From the IMG/VR virus record IMGVR_UViG_2698536443_000025: 11,925 nucleotides of DNA; one strand, given 5' to 3'. The notes beneath the pieces are model-generated. The model was not told the origin of the DNA. It was given only the letters and a program-made list of their open reading frames with translations, and did not search any database. This DNA is from a virus (taxonomy: Duplodnaviria > Heunggongvirae > Uroviricota > Caudoviricetes). This document shows, in pieces, positions 1 through 7,280 of this stretch. Each line of letters starts with the position of its first letter. Position 1 is the stretch's first letter. The position numbers and the translations under genes were made by a program.

Positions 1-276
1 GTGGCTTCTGTTTCTATCAGCTGTCCCTCCTGTTCAGCTACTGACGGGGTGGTGCGTAACGGCAAAAGCACCGCCGGACATCAGCGCTATCTCTGCTCTC
101 ACTGCCGTAAAACATGGCAACTGCAGTTCACTTACACCGCTTCTCAACCCGGTACGCACCAGAAAATCATTGATATGGCCATGAATGGCGTTGGATGCCG
201 GGCAACCGCCCGCATTATGGGCGTTGGCCTCAACACGATTTTCCGCCATTTAAAAAACTCAGGCCGCAGTCGGTAA
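1..276 (+). CDS. insA: IS1 InsA (transposition inhibitor / N-terminal part of InsAB' transposase)
   Basis: 91-aa translation [37 protein letters not shown]... matches IS1 InsA as I recall it, including the zinc-finger CxxC...CxxC and helix-turn-helix region. GTG at position 1 occupies the usual insA start position. Confidence 0.9.
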   Translation: MASVSISCPSCSATDGVVRNGKSTAGHQRYLCSHCRKTWQLQFTYTASQPGTHQKIIDMAMNGVGCRATARIMGVGLNTIFRHLKNSGRSR

Positions 277-698
277 CCTCGCGCATACAGCCGGGCAGTG
301 ACGTCATCGTCTGCGCGGAAATGGACGAACAGTGGGGATACGTCGGGGCTAAATCGCGCCAGCGCTGGCTGTTTTACGCGTATGACAGGCTCCGGAAGAC
401 GGTTGTTGCGCACGTATTCGGTGAACGCACTATGGCGACGCTGGGGCGTCTTATGAGCCTGCTGTCACCCTTTGACGTGGTGATATGGATGACGGATGGC
501 TGGCCGCTGTATGAATCCCGCCTGAAGGGAAAGCTGCACGTAATCAGCAAGCGATATACGCAGCGAATTGAGCGGCATAACCTGAATCTGAGGCAGCACC
601 TGGCACGGCTGGGACGGAAGTCGCTGTCGTTCTCAAAATCGGTGGAGCTGCATGACAAAGTCATCGGGCATTATCTGAACATAAAACACTATCAATAA
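195..698 (+). CDS. insB: IS1 InsB frame (167 aa; expressed as InsAB' fusion after -1 frameshift)
   Basis: Translation [16 protein letters not shown]...HYLNIKHYQ matches the IS1 insB product (167 aa). It sits in the -1 frame relative to insA and overlaps its 3' end. Confidence 0.9.
   Translation: MPGNRPHYGRWPQHDFPPFKKLRPQSVTSRIQPGSDVIVCAEMDEQWGYVGAKSRQRWLFYAYDRLRKTVVAHVFGERTMATLGRLMSLLSPFDVVIWMTDGWPLYESRLKGKLHVISKRYTQRIERHNLNLRQHLARLGRKSLSFSKSVELHDKVIGHYLNIKHYQ
252..258 (+). other. A6C programmed -1 ribosomal frameshift motif of IS1 (joins insA to insB')
   Basis: Sequence TTAAAAAACTC at 250-260 contains the AAAAAAC slippery run, just before the insA stop at 274-276, as in the known IS1 frameshift window. 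Confidence 0.85.
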
Positions 699-713
699 GT
701 TGGAGTCATTACC
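691..713 (+). repeat. IS1 right terminal inverted repeat (IRR)
   Basis: ATCAATAAGTTGGAGTCATTACC is the reverse complement of the IS1 end GGTAATGACTCCAACTTATTGAT. Flanking DNA starts at 714 (AGCAATTCG...). Confidence 0.9.
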
Positions 714-733
714 AGCAATTCGATAAATCCGAT

Positions 734-1027
734 GTGAAAATCGAAATGGTTTTCCTTAACCCCAACACGGGCAAGGTTGAAACTACTTACCCTGTTTTCC
801 GTGGGGTAGTCGATTCCATCGGTATTAACATCGAACATGAAGATGATGAGTGTAAAAACGAATCAGAATTTCAGCTTAATAGTATCTGGGAAGTTCTAGA
901 TAAAAACGCTCGTAGTCATGCCTCCGATGGTATCCACCGTTCCTATGTTGGAAACGAGAACGATCTATTCTTCTCCCGTGCCGGGAAGTGGAACTCAGAA
1001 AGCAAGTGGCATTCATCGAAGAAATAA
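734..1027 (+). CDS. Tail assembly protein K-like N-terminal (MPN/JAMM-like, probably inactive) domain ORF; 5' end apparently truncated by IS1
   Basis: The frame is open from inside IS1 across the junction at 713/714; the first in-frame starts are GTG 734 and ATG 746, neither with a clear Shine-Dalgarno. The translation ...EDDECKNESEF...ARSHASDGIHRSYVGNEND... loosely aligns by eye to lambda gpK residues ~20-110 (PEDC...HSHPGGLPWLSEAD), with the JAMM histidine and aspartate replaced (RSH...G). The assignment is tentative. Confidence 0.45.
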   Translation: MKIEMVFLNPNTGKVETTYPVFRGVVDSIGINIEHEDDECKNESEFQLNSIWEVLDKNARSHASDGIHRSYVGNENDLFFSRAGKWNSESKWHSSKK

Positions 1028-1073
1028 TCCCTTCTCCCTAAGCCTAGTAAATAACAGCATGGAGGTATTCAAC

Positions 1074-1493
1074 ATGCTAAAAACTAGGCTTATCACCGAT
1101 TACATCAATTCTTTAATAGGTCAGGAGTTCGTTCAAGGCGAGAATGATTGCAATCTCATTGCATGTAAGATCATCGATATTCTCGCTGGTACTGACCTAT
1201 ATAATTCTCTTTATAAAAAATATTCAACTAAAGAAGAAGGCTTGAAAATCTGCAAAGAATTAAGCGGATATTCAAACATCCTTCAACCAATTAAGAAACA
1301 TTTCAAATTAGTCACTGATGATTTACAGGACGGCGACTTACTGGTCACAGCCCACAAATTAGGAAACCGTAATTATTATTCCGTAGTTCCTCATTATTCC
1401 GGTTATGGCCTCGTTGAAGAAGATGGTATCTGGATGACCATTCCTGTTTCAGACATTGACTATGAACAAGTTTATAGATTCGGGGGTGAATAA
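1074..1493 (+). CDS. NlpC/P60-family tail assembly protein (lambda gpK C-terminal domain-like)
   Basis: GGAGG at 1061-1065 lies 8 nt before ATG 1074. The translation has GENDC (catalytic Cys candidate), GDLLVTAH and HYSGYG, which parallel lambda K GVTDC / GDVLLC / HAAIYCG. The stop TAA overlaps the next gene start (TAATG at 1491-1495). The track ORF 918-1493 is the same frame extended upstream. Confidence 0.75.
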   Translation: MLKTRLITDYINSLIGQEFVQGENDCNLIACKIIDILAGTDLYNSLYKKYSTKEEGLKICKELSGYSNILQPIKKHFKLVTDDLQDGDLLVTAHKLGNRNYYSVVPHYSGYGLVEEDGIWMTIPVSDIDYEQVYRFGGE

Positions 1494-4400
1494 TGGGATT
1501 TGAAATATTGGTAGGCGCGGTTATTGCTGGTGCGTCTGCTGGGATGGCTGCTGCTGCAACATTTTCTGTTATGACCGCAGTCGCTATCGGTATGGCTGCT
1601 GGTGCAATGACCTTGATCGCTTCCACTGTAGGCGCACCAAAAACACCTAAAGTACAAAGCCCAGATAATGCGGTGACACTAGGAACATCAAACGATCCGA
1701 AAGCGGTGATACCAGTCGTTTTCGGTACTACCCGCACTGGCACAAACTGTGTTTACAAAGCAGTTTCTAAGCAAGAAAACAATAAGCTAGTGCAAATCTT
1801 CTCTGTAGCCGAGGGTGAAATCGACCATTACAAAGCACTCTTTATTGATAATAAAAATGTTCTTGTTGGTAAGAACATGACGATCCGTGATGGTATTCTC
1901 GATAAGGGCAACATTAAAGAAGAATATCGTAAAGTATTAGAAGTCGAGTTCCGCACGGGCAAGAATCCTAACACCGCTTTGTCGCTGGCAAAACGTCATT
2001 TAGGCTCAGACTGGACCGACGCTTTCAAGGGTAACGGCATTGCGACCATGTGTATTGTGTTGCGTCGCGATGACAAATCTCTTGCTGCTGGTGTTGATAT
2101 TCTCCAGCCAAATAGCCAGGTAGCAGTAGACGTTTGCGGCCTTAAAATCCGTAACCTTGAAACCAATGCTATTGAGGCTAGCACTAACGGCGTGGATCAG
2201 ATTTTCCACTACCTAACAAATGAAAAATATGGCTTATCCGTACCAATTGAAAACATTAACGTTGATTCATTCCTGAAAGTACGTAAACAAGTACGCCAGA
2301 TGGATCTACATTCAAACGGTGCATGTGATCCGAACGCCAGCTTTAAAGAAAACTTGACTAATCTTATGCAGACTTTCGGCGGGGTGATGTTCGAATCCTT
2401 TGGACGTATTACGCTGAAACTGGATGCTCCTGATATTGTTAAGCATACCTTCAATGAAGACAATATCATGATGGGTAAGGTATCACTGAAAACAGGTGGC
2501 ACTAACGGTTATTTCAATACCATTAACGCGATGTATCAAGAACCATCAATTGACTATTCAGAGCAAATGCTACGTTATCCGGCTGATGCTGAAAACGATG
2601 CTACTGTTCGCGCAGATGGTCGAATTATTGCTAAGGATGTAGAATATCGTTTCGTTAAGTCTAAAGACCAGATTGATAAACTTGCGAGTATTGAACGAAA
2701 TAAATCTCGTATCACTCAGGTTATCAGCTTTATGACTACTGACGCATTCACTGCCGAAGTATGGGACGTTATCAGCGTAACCTATGATGAATTGAAACTG
2801 AATAATTCTTTATGGCGTATTACTGCAATTGATCGCTCGATTGATTCTGGTATTGCTGGGATGATGACTATCACCGCCACAGAATATAATTCTCAGGTTT
2901 ATACTGACCTGAACTATGCGGCAACTCCAGACAATAGACCAAGTGGTTTACCGGATTCAATGACAGTACAGAAGCCTACTAATTTCAGAATTAAGGCAAC
3001 TGGTGAGACGATTTACGGTAAAAACGTTACTTTGACATGGGATGCACCGGAAGATTTTAACCGTTATGGTTTCCAGATTGATTACCGTGTAAGCGGATCA
3101 CCTAACTGGATTAAGCTGGGACAGACTTCACAGCAAATTTTCAGTGTCAATGCACTGGCAAAAGATCGTTCCTACGATTACCGAGTTTGTGCTTTCGGTA
3201 TCATCGCGCGATCCGATTGGGTAGAACTGATTAACCAGAATCCTACTGTTACCTATGAATTGCCGACTCCGGTTATTCGAATCAAAAATCAGGGTAGCAC
3301 GCCAGGAACTTTCGAAGGTAATGATCTGATTATCGAATGGGAAAATCAGCAACAATTAGATGTTGAGATCAACGGTGAAACTAACAAGTTTAGTGACCTG
3401 TTTGAAGCATACATTATCAAGGTGACTAACAAGGCTGGTAAGTCTATTCAGTACCGTACCCGCGATCCTGAATCATGGACTTATACGCTTGATATGAACC
3501 AATTTAACGGCCTTTCGCGTCAACTGACGGTAGAAGTATCAGCTAAGGGCTATAACAACTCAGAGAGCGCCCCAGCGCGTTTAGTGGCTATCAACCCACA
3601 ACATAAGCCAATGAAAGGTTTTAGTGCGCGTGGTGGCTTTAATACTGCGTTTGTTAGCTGGGCGGATGACGTAGAACATGACTATGCAGGGTCAATCATC
3701 CAGTATGCAACCGACAACACTTTCTCAGATGCAAGGGCAGTAAGTACGAATAGTGTTAGCCATACTTCCTTTGATATTGCTGACGGTGATTATTATATCC
3801 GTGGTGCTCACTACGATATTTTCGGTATGGATGATGCTGTTTGGTCTGAACCGTATTTCATGCAAATGAAGTCTACGATTAGTTGGGACGATCAGGACAA
3901 AGAAGCACTGGAAGACCTGATCGGTTTACAAGATCGCTTAGATGAAACTATCGCGGATGCTATTAAGCAAGCTGGCGCTAATGCCGATGCTAAAATTGAT
4001 GCAATGCATAAGCAAATCACTACCGAGACGGGTAAAACTGTTCAAGCCTCAGCCGATACCTTAAAGAGTCTGATTGCTTCTGGTGATAAGGCAAGTTCAA
4101 CTAAGATTGATCAGGTTAAAGCTGAACTGAAAGGCGATATCACCAAAGAAGTTAGCGCCTCCGCTACAACCCTGAAACAAGCAATTGCAACCAGTGAGGC
4201 AGCAAGCGCAAGTAAGATTGATCAAGTTCGGGTAGAAATGGATGGCAAGATTGCTGGTGTGAATCAGGAAGCAGATGTAAAAATCGATGCTTTGAAAGGA
4301 ACCATTAACAGCAAATACAATCTGGCAGTTAATGCAGATGGTCGTGTGGCTGGTATTCACATGAGCGCAACCAACGATCCGGCACAACCGACTAAAATCA

Positions 4401-5269
4401 TCTTTACGGCTGATAAAATTGCTGTAGCTCCGCAGAACGGGACCGATGTTTGCCCGTTTGGTATCGAAGGTAACAAGGTTTATCTCGATAATGCGATGAT
4501 TCGTAATGCTGCAATTGGTACAGCCCATATTAGTGATGCGGCAATTACTACCGCTAAGATCGGCAATGCTGCAATTAACAGCGCGAAGATTCAGGACGGG
4601 GCAATCACTAACGCCAAGATTGTAAATGGCGCAATTGATAACGCTAAAATCGGTAACTATATCCAGTCTTCCAACTGGAACGGATCGACCGGATGGCATA
4701 TCAACAAGAACGGTAATGCTACGTTCATGAATGCTACCGTTAAAGGTAATATCACGGCTGATTCTGGTACTCTGAACAACGTCACGATTAACTCTAGCTG
4801 TGTTATTAAGGGTATGCTTGAAGCTACTCAGGTTAAGGGTGATTTCGTTAAGGTGATTGGTCGTAAGTTCCCACACCGTGATGTTAACGTTGATAATGGT
4901 TATGGCGGCTATCCGCAAGGTACAGTAACCGTTCGCGTTGAAGATGATCACAAGTTCGATCGTCAAATCGTTATTCCGGCGATTAGTTTTGGTGGATTGC
5001 GAGCGCGTGAAGGGTCGAACAATAATACCTATTACGACACCTGTCGCCTGATTGTTCGTAAGAATGGGTCAGAGTTGTATAATAGGGCGTATGGCGGTAA
5101 TACTGGTCTTTACTCAGGTGTTATTGATATGCCAGCGGGTAAAGGTGCTGTGACCTTGACCTTTGAAGTGCAATCAAGCGCAATCAACAACTGGACGCCT
5201 AGCACATGGATCAGTGATTTAACTGTAATGGTAACTAAAAAAGCCACTACTGGTATTACTGTTTCTTAA
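1493..5269 (+). CDS. Central tail fibre / host specificity protein J (tip attachment protein) with an N-terminal gpI-like domain
   Basis: 1258-aa ORF with GGGGGTGA 4 nt before ATG 1493. The C-terminal ~170 aa (NATVKGNITADSGTLNNVTINSSCVIKG...DRQIVIPAISF...VIDMPAGKGAVTLTF...VMVTKKATTGITVS) parallels the lambda gpJ C-terminus (NANSGTLSNVTIAENCTINGTL...DRQIVVLPLTF...IVDMPAGRGNVILTF...VMVIKKQALGISVV). Residues ~100-130 resemble the gpJ N-terminus. Residues 1-95 (hydrophobic Ala/Gly-rich stretch, then APKTPKVQSPDN and AVIPVVFGTTRTG) resemble the lambda gpI C-terminus (APKARTPRIQTTDN, NVLPVLYGEMRVG). Confidence 0.9.
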   Translation: MGFEILVGAVIAGASAGMAAAATFSVMTAVAIGMAAGAMTLIASTVGAPKTPKVQSPDNAVTLGTSNDPKAVIPVVFGTTRTGTNCVYKAVSKQENNKLVQIFSVAEGEIDHYKALFIDNKNVLVGKNMTIRDGILDKGNIKEEYRKVLEVEFRTGKNPNTALSLAKRHLGSDWTDAFKGNGIATMCIVLRRDDKSLAAGVDILQPNSQVAVDVCGLKIRNLETNAIEASTNGVDQIFHYLTNEKYGLSVPIENINVDSFLKVRKQVRQMDLHSNGACDPNASFKENLTNLMQTFGGVMFESFGRITLKLDAPDIVKHTFNEDNIMMGKVSLKTGGTNGYFNTINAMYQEPSIDYSEQMLRYPADAENDATVRADGRIIAKDVEYRFVKSKDQIDKLASIERNKSRITQVISFMTTDAFTAEVWDVISVTYDELKLNNSLWRITAIDRSIDSGIAGMMTITATEYNSQVYTDLNYAATPDNRPSGLPDSMTVQKPTNFRIKATGETIYGKNVTLTWDAPEDFNRYGFQIDYRVSGSPNWIKLGQTSQQIFSVNALAKDRSYDYRVCAFGIIARSDWVELINQNPTVTYELPTPVIRIKNQGSTPGTFEGNDLIIEWENQQQLDVEINGETNKFSDLFEAYIIKVTNKAGKSIQYRTRDPESWTYTLDMNQFNGLSRQLTVEVSAKGYNNSESAPARLVAINPQHKPMKGFSARGGFNTAFVSWADDVEHDYAGSIIQYATDNTFSDARAVSTNSVSHTSFDIADGDYYIRGAHYDIFGMDDAVWSEPYFMQMKSTISWDDQDKEALEDLIGLQDRLDETIADAIKQAGANADAKIDAMHKQITTETGKTVQASADTLKSLIASGDKASSTKIDQVKAELKGDITKEVSASATTLKQAIATSEAASASKIDQVRVEMDGKIAGVNQEADVKIDALKGTINSKYNLAVNADGRVAGIHMSATNDPAQPTKIIFTADKIAVAPQNGTDVCPFGIEGNKVYLDNAMIRNAAIGTAHISDAAITTAKIGNAAINSAKIQDGAITNAKIVNGAIDNAKIGNYIQSSNWNGSTGWHINKNGNATFMNATVKGNITADSGTLNNVTINSSCVIKGMLEATQVKGDFVKVIGRKFPHRDVNVDNGYGGYPQGTVTVRVEDDHKFDRQIVIPAISFGGLRAREGSNNNTYYDTCRLIVRKNGSELYNRAYGGNTGLYSGVIDMPAGKGAVTLTFEVQSSAINNWTPSTWISDLTVMVTKKATTGITVS
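4505..4654 (+). repeat. Five tandem 30-bp coding repeats inside J (10-aa units NAAIGTAHIS / DAAITTAKIG / NAAINSAKIQ / DGAITNAKIV / NGAIDNAKIG)
   Basis: Direct reading of 4505-4654 shows five in-frame 30-nt units with the conserved core GC(N)GCAAT...GC(N)AAGAT. It is a coding repeat with no spacers, not a CRISPR array. Confidence 0.8.
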
Positions 5270-5288
5270 AAATTTAATTTTAATAATT

Positions 5289-5330
5289 AATCCCGCTTAA
5301 TTCTTTTGAGTTAGGCGGGATTATTTTTAT
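5289..5330 (+). terminator. Rho-independent terminator downstream of J
   Basis: Inverted repeat AATCCCGC (5289-5296) / GCGGGATT (5315-5322) followed by ATTTTTAT, 20 nt after the J stop codon. The loop is long (18 nt), so efficiency is uncertain. Confidence 0.55.
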
Positions 5331-5375
5331 CTAAATAATTTTGCCATTAAACTATATAAAAATATCGGGGGCGTA

Positions 5376-5654
5376 ATGACTGAAATTATATATGGCGGTA
5401 TCGGTGTTATCGCCTTAATTTGTGGTGGTCTTTGGAGACTTCACCGAAATCAATTAGCAACTGAAAATAGATTGTCGAAATTGGAATCCAGCGACGCATT
5501 GTTAAACCAGAAGTTTGAGACGATGCAGAATAACCATACTCAGATTGCTGAACGTGTTTACCAAATGGAACAAACACTACACGGTATAGAGAAGAAAGTG
5601 GTTGCGATGGATGCTAAATTTGACCAAGTTCTCGACATACTCAAACAAAAATAA
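5376..5654 (+). CDS. Membrane-anchored coiled-coil protein (92 aa), function unknown
   Basis: CGGGGG Shine-Dalgarno 5 nt before ATG 5376. N-terminal hydrophobic segment IIYGGIGVIALICGGLW, followed by a heptad-like coiled-coil region. First gene of a co-directional operon. Confidence 0.75.
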   Translation: MTEIIYGGIGVIALICGGLWRLHRNQLATENRLSKLESSDALLNQKFETMQNNHTQIAERVYQMEQTLHGIEKKVVAMDAKFDQVLDILKQK

Positions 5655-5672
5655 TAATAAAGGGGTGAATAT

Positions 5673-5843
5673 ATGAAGAATAAACTTAAGAAATATTTTG
5701 GTTATCTCTTGATTGTCGCCCTCACTTATAACGTAGCTATTAGACCTCTGCTAACGTCCTTTGGGCTTGAACTCCCGGCTATGACCGTGGATGAACAATT
5801 GCTAAGGACACTGGCGGGGGTCTTTTCGTTATTAGGGGGCTAA
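5673..5843 (+). CDS. Small hydrophobic protein (56 aa), not in the supplied ORF track
   Basis: AAGGGGTG Shine-Dalgarno 7 nt before ATG 5673. Translation MKNKLKKYFGYLLIVALTYNVAIRPLLTSFGLELPAMTVDEQLLRTLAGVFSLLGG with no internal stops. The stop TAA 5841-5843 sits 1 nt before ATG 5845 of the next gene, and the ORF fills an otherwise unexplained 190-bp gap in a tight operon. Confidence 0.6.
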   Translation: MKNKLKKYFGYLLIVALTYNVAIRPLLTSFGLELPAMTVDEQLLRTLAGVFSLLGG

Positions 5844-5844
5844 C

Positions 5845-6528
5845 ATGGCAACCAGTACCAATAAACGAAACGCTCTAAGGACTAAGAAAGCGTTACGGCA
5901 ATGGTCTGAAAAGGCAACCGATACATTCGAAAGGGCACTAGGGGAAGGGGCGATCTTTGCTTCCAGAGCACTCCAGAAGAAGATTAACAAGAATGTTGAT
6001 AGACCTACTCGATGGACTCAACAAGCTGTAGGTAATACCAACTACAAGAACCGATCAGGGACCAGACACCAAATCTTCATCAAGGGCGCAAGGGATAAGG
6101 ACAAGAAGATCGGCAGTCAGGATGACTATCTGAAACACTATTTCGATGGTGGCAAAATCAATAAGCTAGTGCCAATCGCCAACGGTAAGGTCTTAGACTC
6201 CCACGGGAACATTAAGGCCATCAAAGGCGGTAAGATGATGCGTAACATCGAAAACGGCAACTTCATCAAGGTAGAGAACAAGGAAGGGACTTTTATCATG
6301 AAGAAGTACAAGCCTAAGAAATCCCGAACCAAACGCGCTAAGAATGGATCGGCGGTGGCAAAACGTCGCTTAGAGAAACGCATCCAGAAACAGAGTAAGC
6401 GAATTGTTGCCGTTAAGTCGGATAAAATTTCTACTCGTTATTCGACGCTAGGATCGTGGGAAAGCAACGAAGCAATGATGCTTGAAAACATCAATAAGCA
6501 CATTAAATCGCGCATGAAATACGTTTAA
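5845..6528 (+). CDS. Lysine/arginine-rich basic protein (227 aa), function unknown
   Basis: TAGGGGG Shine-Dalgarno before ATG 5845. Long ORF with strongly basic composition (KKYKPKKSRTKRAKNGSAVAKRRLEKRIQKQSKR). No motif recognised. Confidence 0.75.
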   Translation: MATSTNKRNALRTKKALRQWSEKATDTFERALGEGAIFASRALQKKINKNVDRPTRWTQQAVGNTNYKNRSGTRHQIFIKGARDKDKKIGSQDDYLKHYFDGGKINKLVPIANGKVLDSHGNIKAIKGGKMMRNIENGNFIKVENKEGTFIMKKYKPKKSRTKRAKNGSAVAKRRLEKRIQKQSKRIVAVKSDKISTRYSTLGSWESNEAMMLENINKHIKSRMKYV

Positions 6529-6538
6529 TCAATAAATA

Positions 6539-6560
6539 CCCTCATAGAATCTTATGGGGG
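6539..6560 (+). promoter_or_regulatory. RNA hairpin sequestering the Shine-Dalgarno of the 6567 gene
   Basis: CCCTCATA (6539-6546) pairs with TATGGGGG (6553-6560) as 8 bp including one G-U, with a 6-nt loop. The GGGGG Shine-Dalgarno of ATG 6567 lies in the 3' arm. Confidence 0.4.
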
Positions 6561-6566
6561 TATAAC

Positions 6567-6914
6567 ATGGCTAAAAATATTTTCACTGAATTTCCTACTT
6601 ATCCGGTTGATCAGCTTTCCGGTATTTTTATTAATGGCATTAGCCCAGAATCTATGACCTATGATTTTGAGGCGAAGAGAGTTAAACATAAACAATATAA
6701 AGAATGTATCCGTGACCATGAAAAGGGGACCGTGTTTTGTGTCGCTACATTGGCTAAACGTCCTAAATATCGTTTTCGTGTAGGGCAAGAAGTCGATGTA
6801 GTTAATCCTTATAGCTTTAACTGTCTGGGTGATGCACGCGCGGTGTGTGTAGGCACTGCTCCTTATTATATCAAGGGTATGCGCTTTATTGGTTATATCT
6901 TCGAAATGATCTAA
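6567..6914 (+). CDS. Hypothetical protein (115 aa)
   Basis: GGGGG Shine-Dalgarno 6 nt before ATG 6567, co-directional operon context, and 9-nt spacing to the next gene. No motif recognised. Confidence 0.7.
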   Translation: MAKNIFTEFPTYPVDQLSGIFINGISPESMTYDFEAKRVKHKQYKECIRDHEKGTVFCVATLAKRPKYRFRVGQEVDVVNPYSFNCLGDARAVCVGTAPYYIKGMRFIGYIFEMI

Positions 6915-6923
6915 GGGGGTAAT

Positions 6924-7277
6924 ATGTTAAGTAAGCATTTTTCTCGCAAGGAATTTAAATGTAAATGCGGAAAATGTGATTATGATACAATCGACGCTGA
7001 ATTACTGGTGATTCTTGAGGATGTACGAGAGCACTTCGGTAAACCAGTGATTATTAACAGTGGGAACCGTTGCCCGACTCATAACAAGAATGTAGGCGGC
7101 GCAACCAATAGCTATCATGTTCGAGGCCGCGCGGCTGACATTGTTATCAAGGGTGTCTCGCCTGATATTGTTCATGCTTATCTTGATGGGAAATATCCTA
7201 CTCAATACGGCTTAGGAAAATATAAAACCTTTACGCATATTGATTCCAGATCAAAAAAATCACGGTGGAATGGATAA
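6924..7277 (+). CDS. Peptidase M15 family zinc metallopeptidase (M15_3/M15A-type cell-wall peptidase, endolysin-like)
   Basis: AAGGGGG Shine-Dalgarno before ATG 6924. Translation has FSRKEFKCKCGKC at the N-terminus and SGNRCPTHNKNVGGATNSYHVRGRAADI...FTHID, the His/Asp/His zinc-ligand pattern of M15-type D-Ala-D-Ala carboxypeptidase-like phage peptidases. Recognised from memory, not searched. Confidence 0.8.
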   Translation: MLSKHFSRKEFKCKCGKCDYDTIDAELLVILEDVREHFGKPVIINSGNRCPTHNKNVGGATNSYHVRGRAADIVIKGVSPDIVHAYLDGKYPTQYGLGKYKTFTHIDSRSKKSRWNG

Positions 7278-7280
7278 AAC

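Larger units (their letters stand above)
1..713 (+). mobile_element. IS1: IS1 insertion sequence, truncated by the window edge (window begins at the insA start; left inverted repeat would lie ~55 bp upstream)
   Basis: ORFs 1-276 and 195-698 translate to the canonical IS1 InsA and InsB proteins. The right terminal inverted repeat ATCAATAAGTTGGAGTCATTACC ends at 713. If window position 1 is IS1 position 56, the end at 713 matches the 768-bp element exactly. The segment is GC-richer than the flanking DNA. Confidence 0.95.

Noticed and set aside
34-664. Minus-strand ORFs within IS1 (34-249, 144-413, 374-664)
   Set aside because: These are antisense frames of the IS1 insA/insB region. The functional IS1 products are InsA and the InsAB' fusion on the plus strand.
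918-1073. N-terminal extension of the NlpC/P60 ORF to the ATG at 918
   Set aside because: The extension overlaps the 3' end of the upstream ORF in another frame and has no RBS. The ATG at 1074 has a GGAGG 8 nt upstream and matches the expected domain boundary.
3271-3283. GGTTATTCGAATC resembling a tRNA T-arm motif
   Set aside because: It lies inside the J coding frame, lacks the conserved GTTCGA context and has no surrounding acceptor or anticodon stem complementarity. It is not a tRNA.
4505-4654. Tandem 30-bp repeats as a possible CRISPR-like array
   Set aside because: The repeats are contiguous with no spacers, are in frame within J and encode a repetitive peptide. This is a coding repeat, not a CRISPR array.
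4097-4966. 289-aa minus-strand ORF inside the J gene
   Set aside because: It lies antisense to the strongly supported J coding frame, has low-complexity Ile/Asn/Cys-rich composition and no ribosome-binding site. It is most likely a chance open frame.
5331-5375. Sigma-70 promoter for the accessory operon (TTGCCA at 5341-5346)
   Set aside because: There is a good -35-like hexamer, but no acceptable -10 at 16-18 bp spacing. The operon may be transcribed by read-through from the late tail transcript, so no promoter is called.
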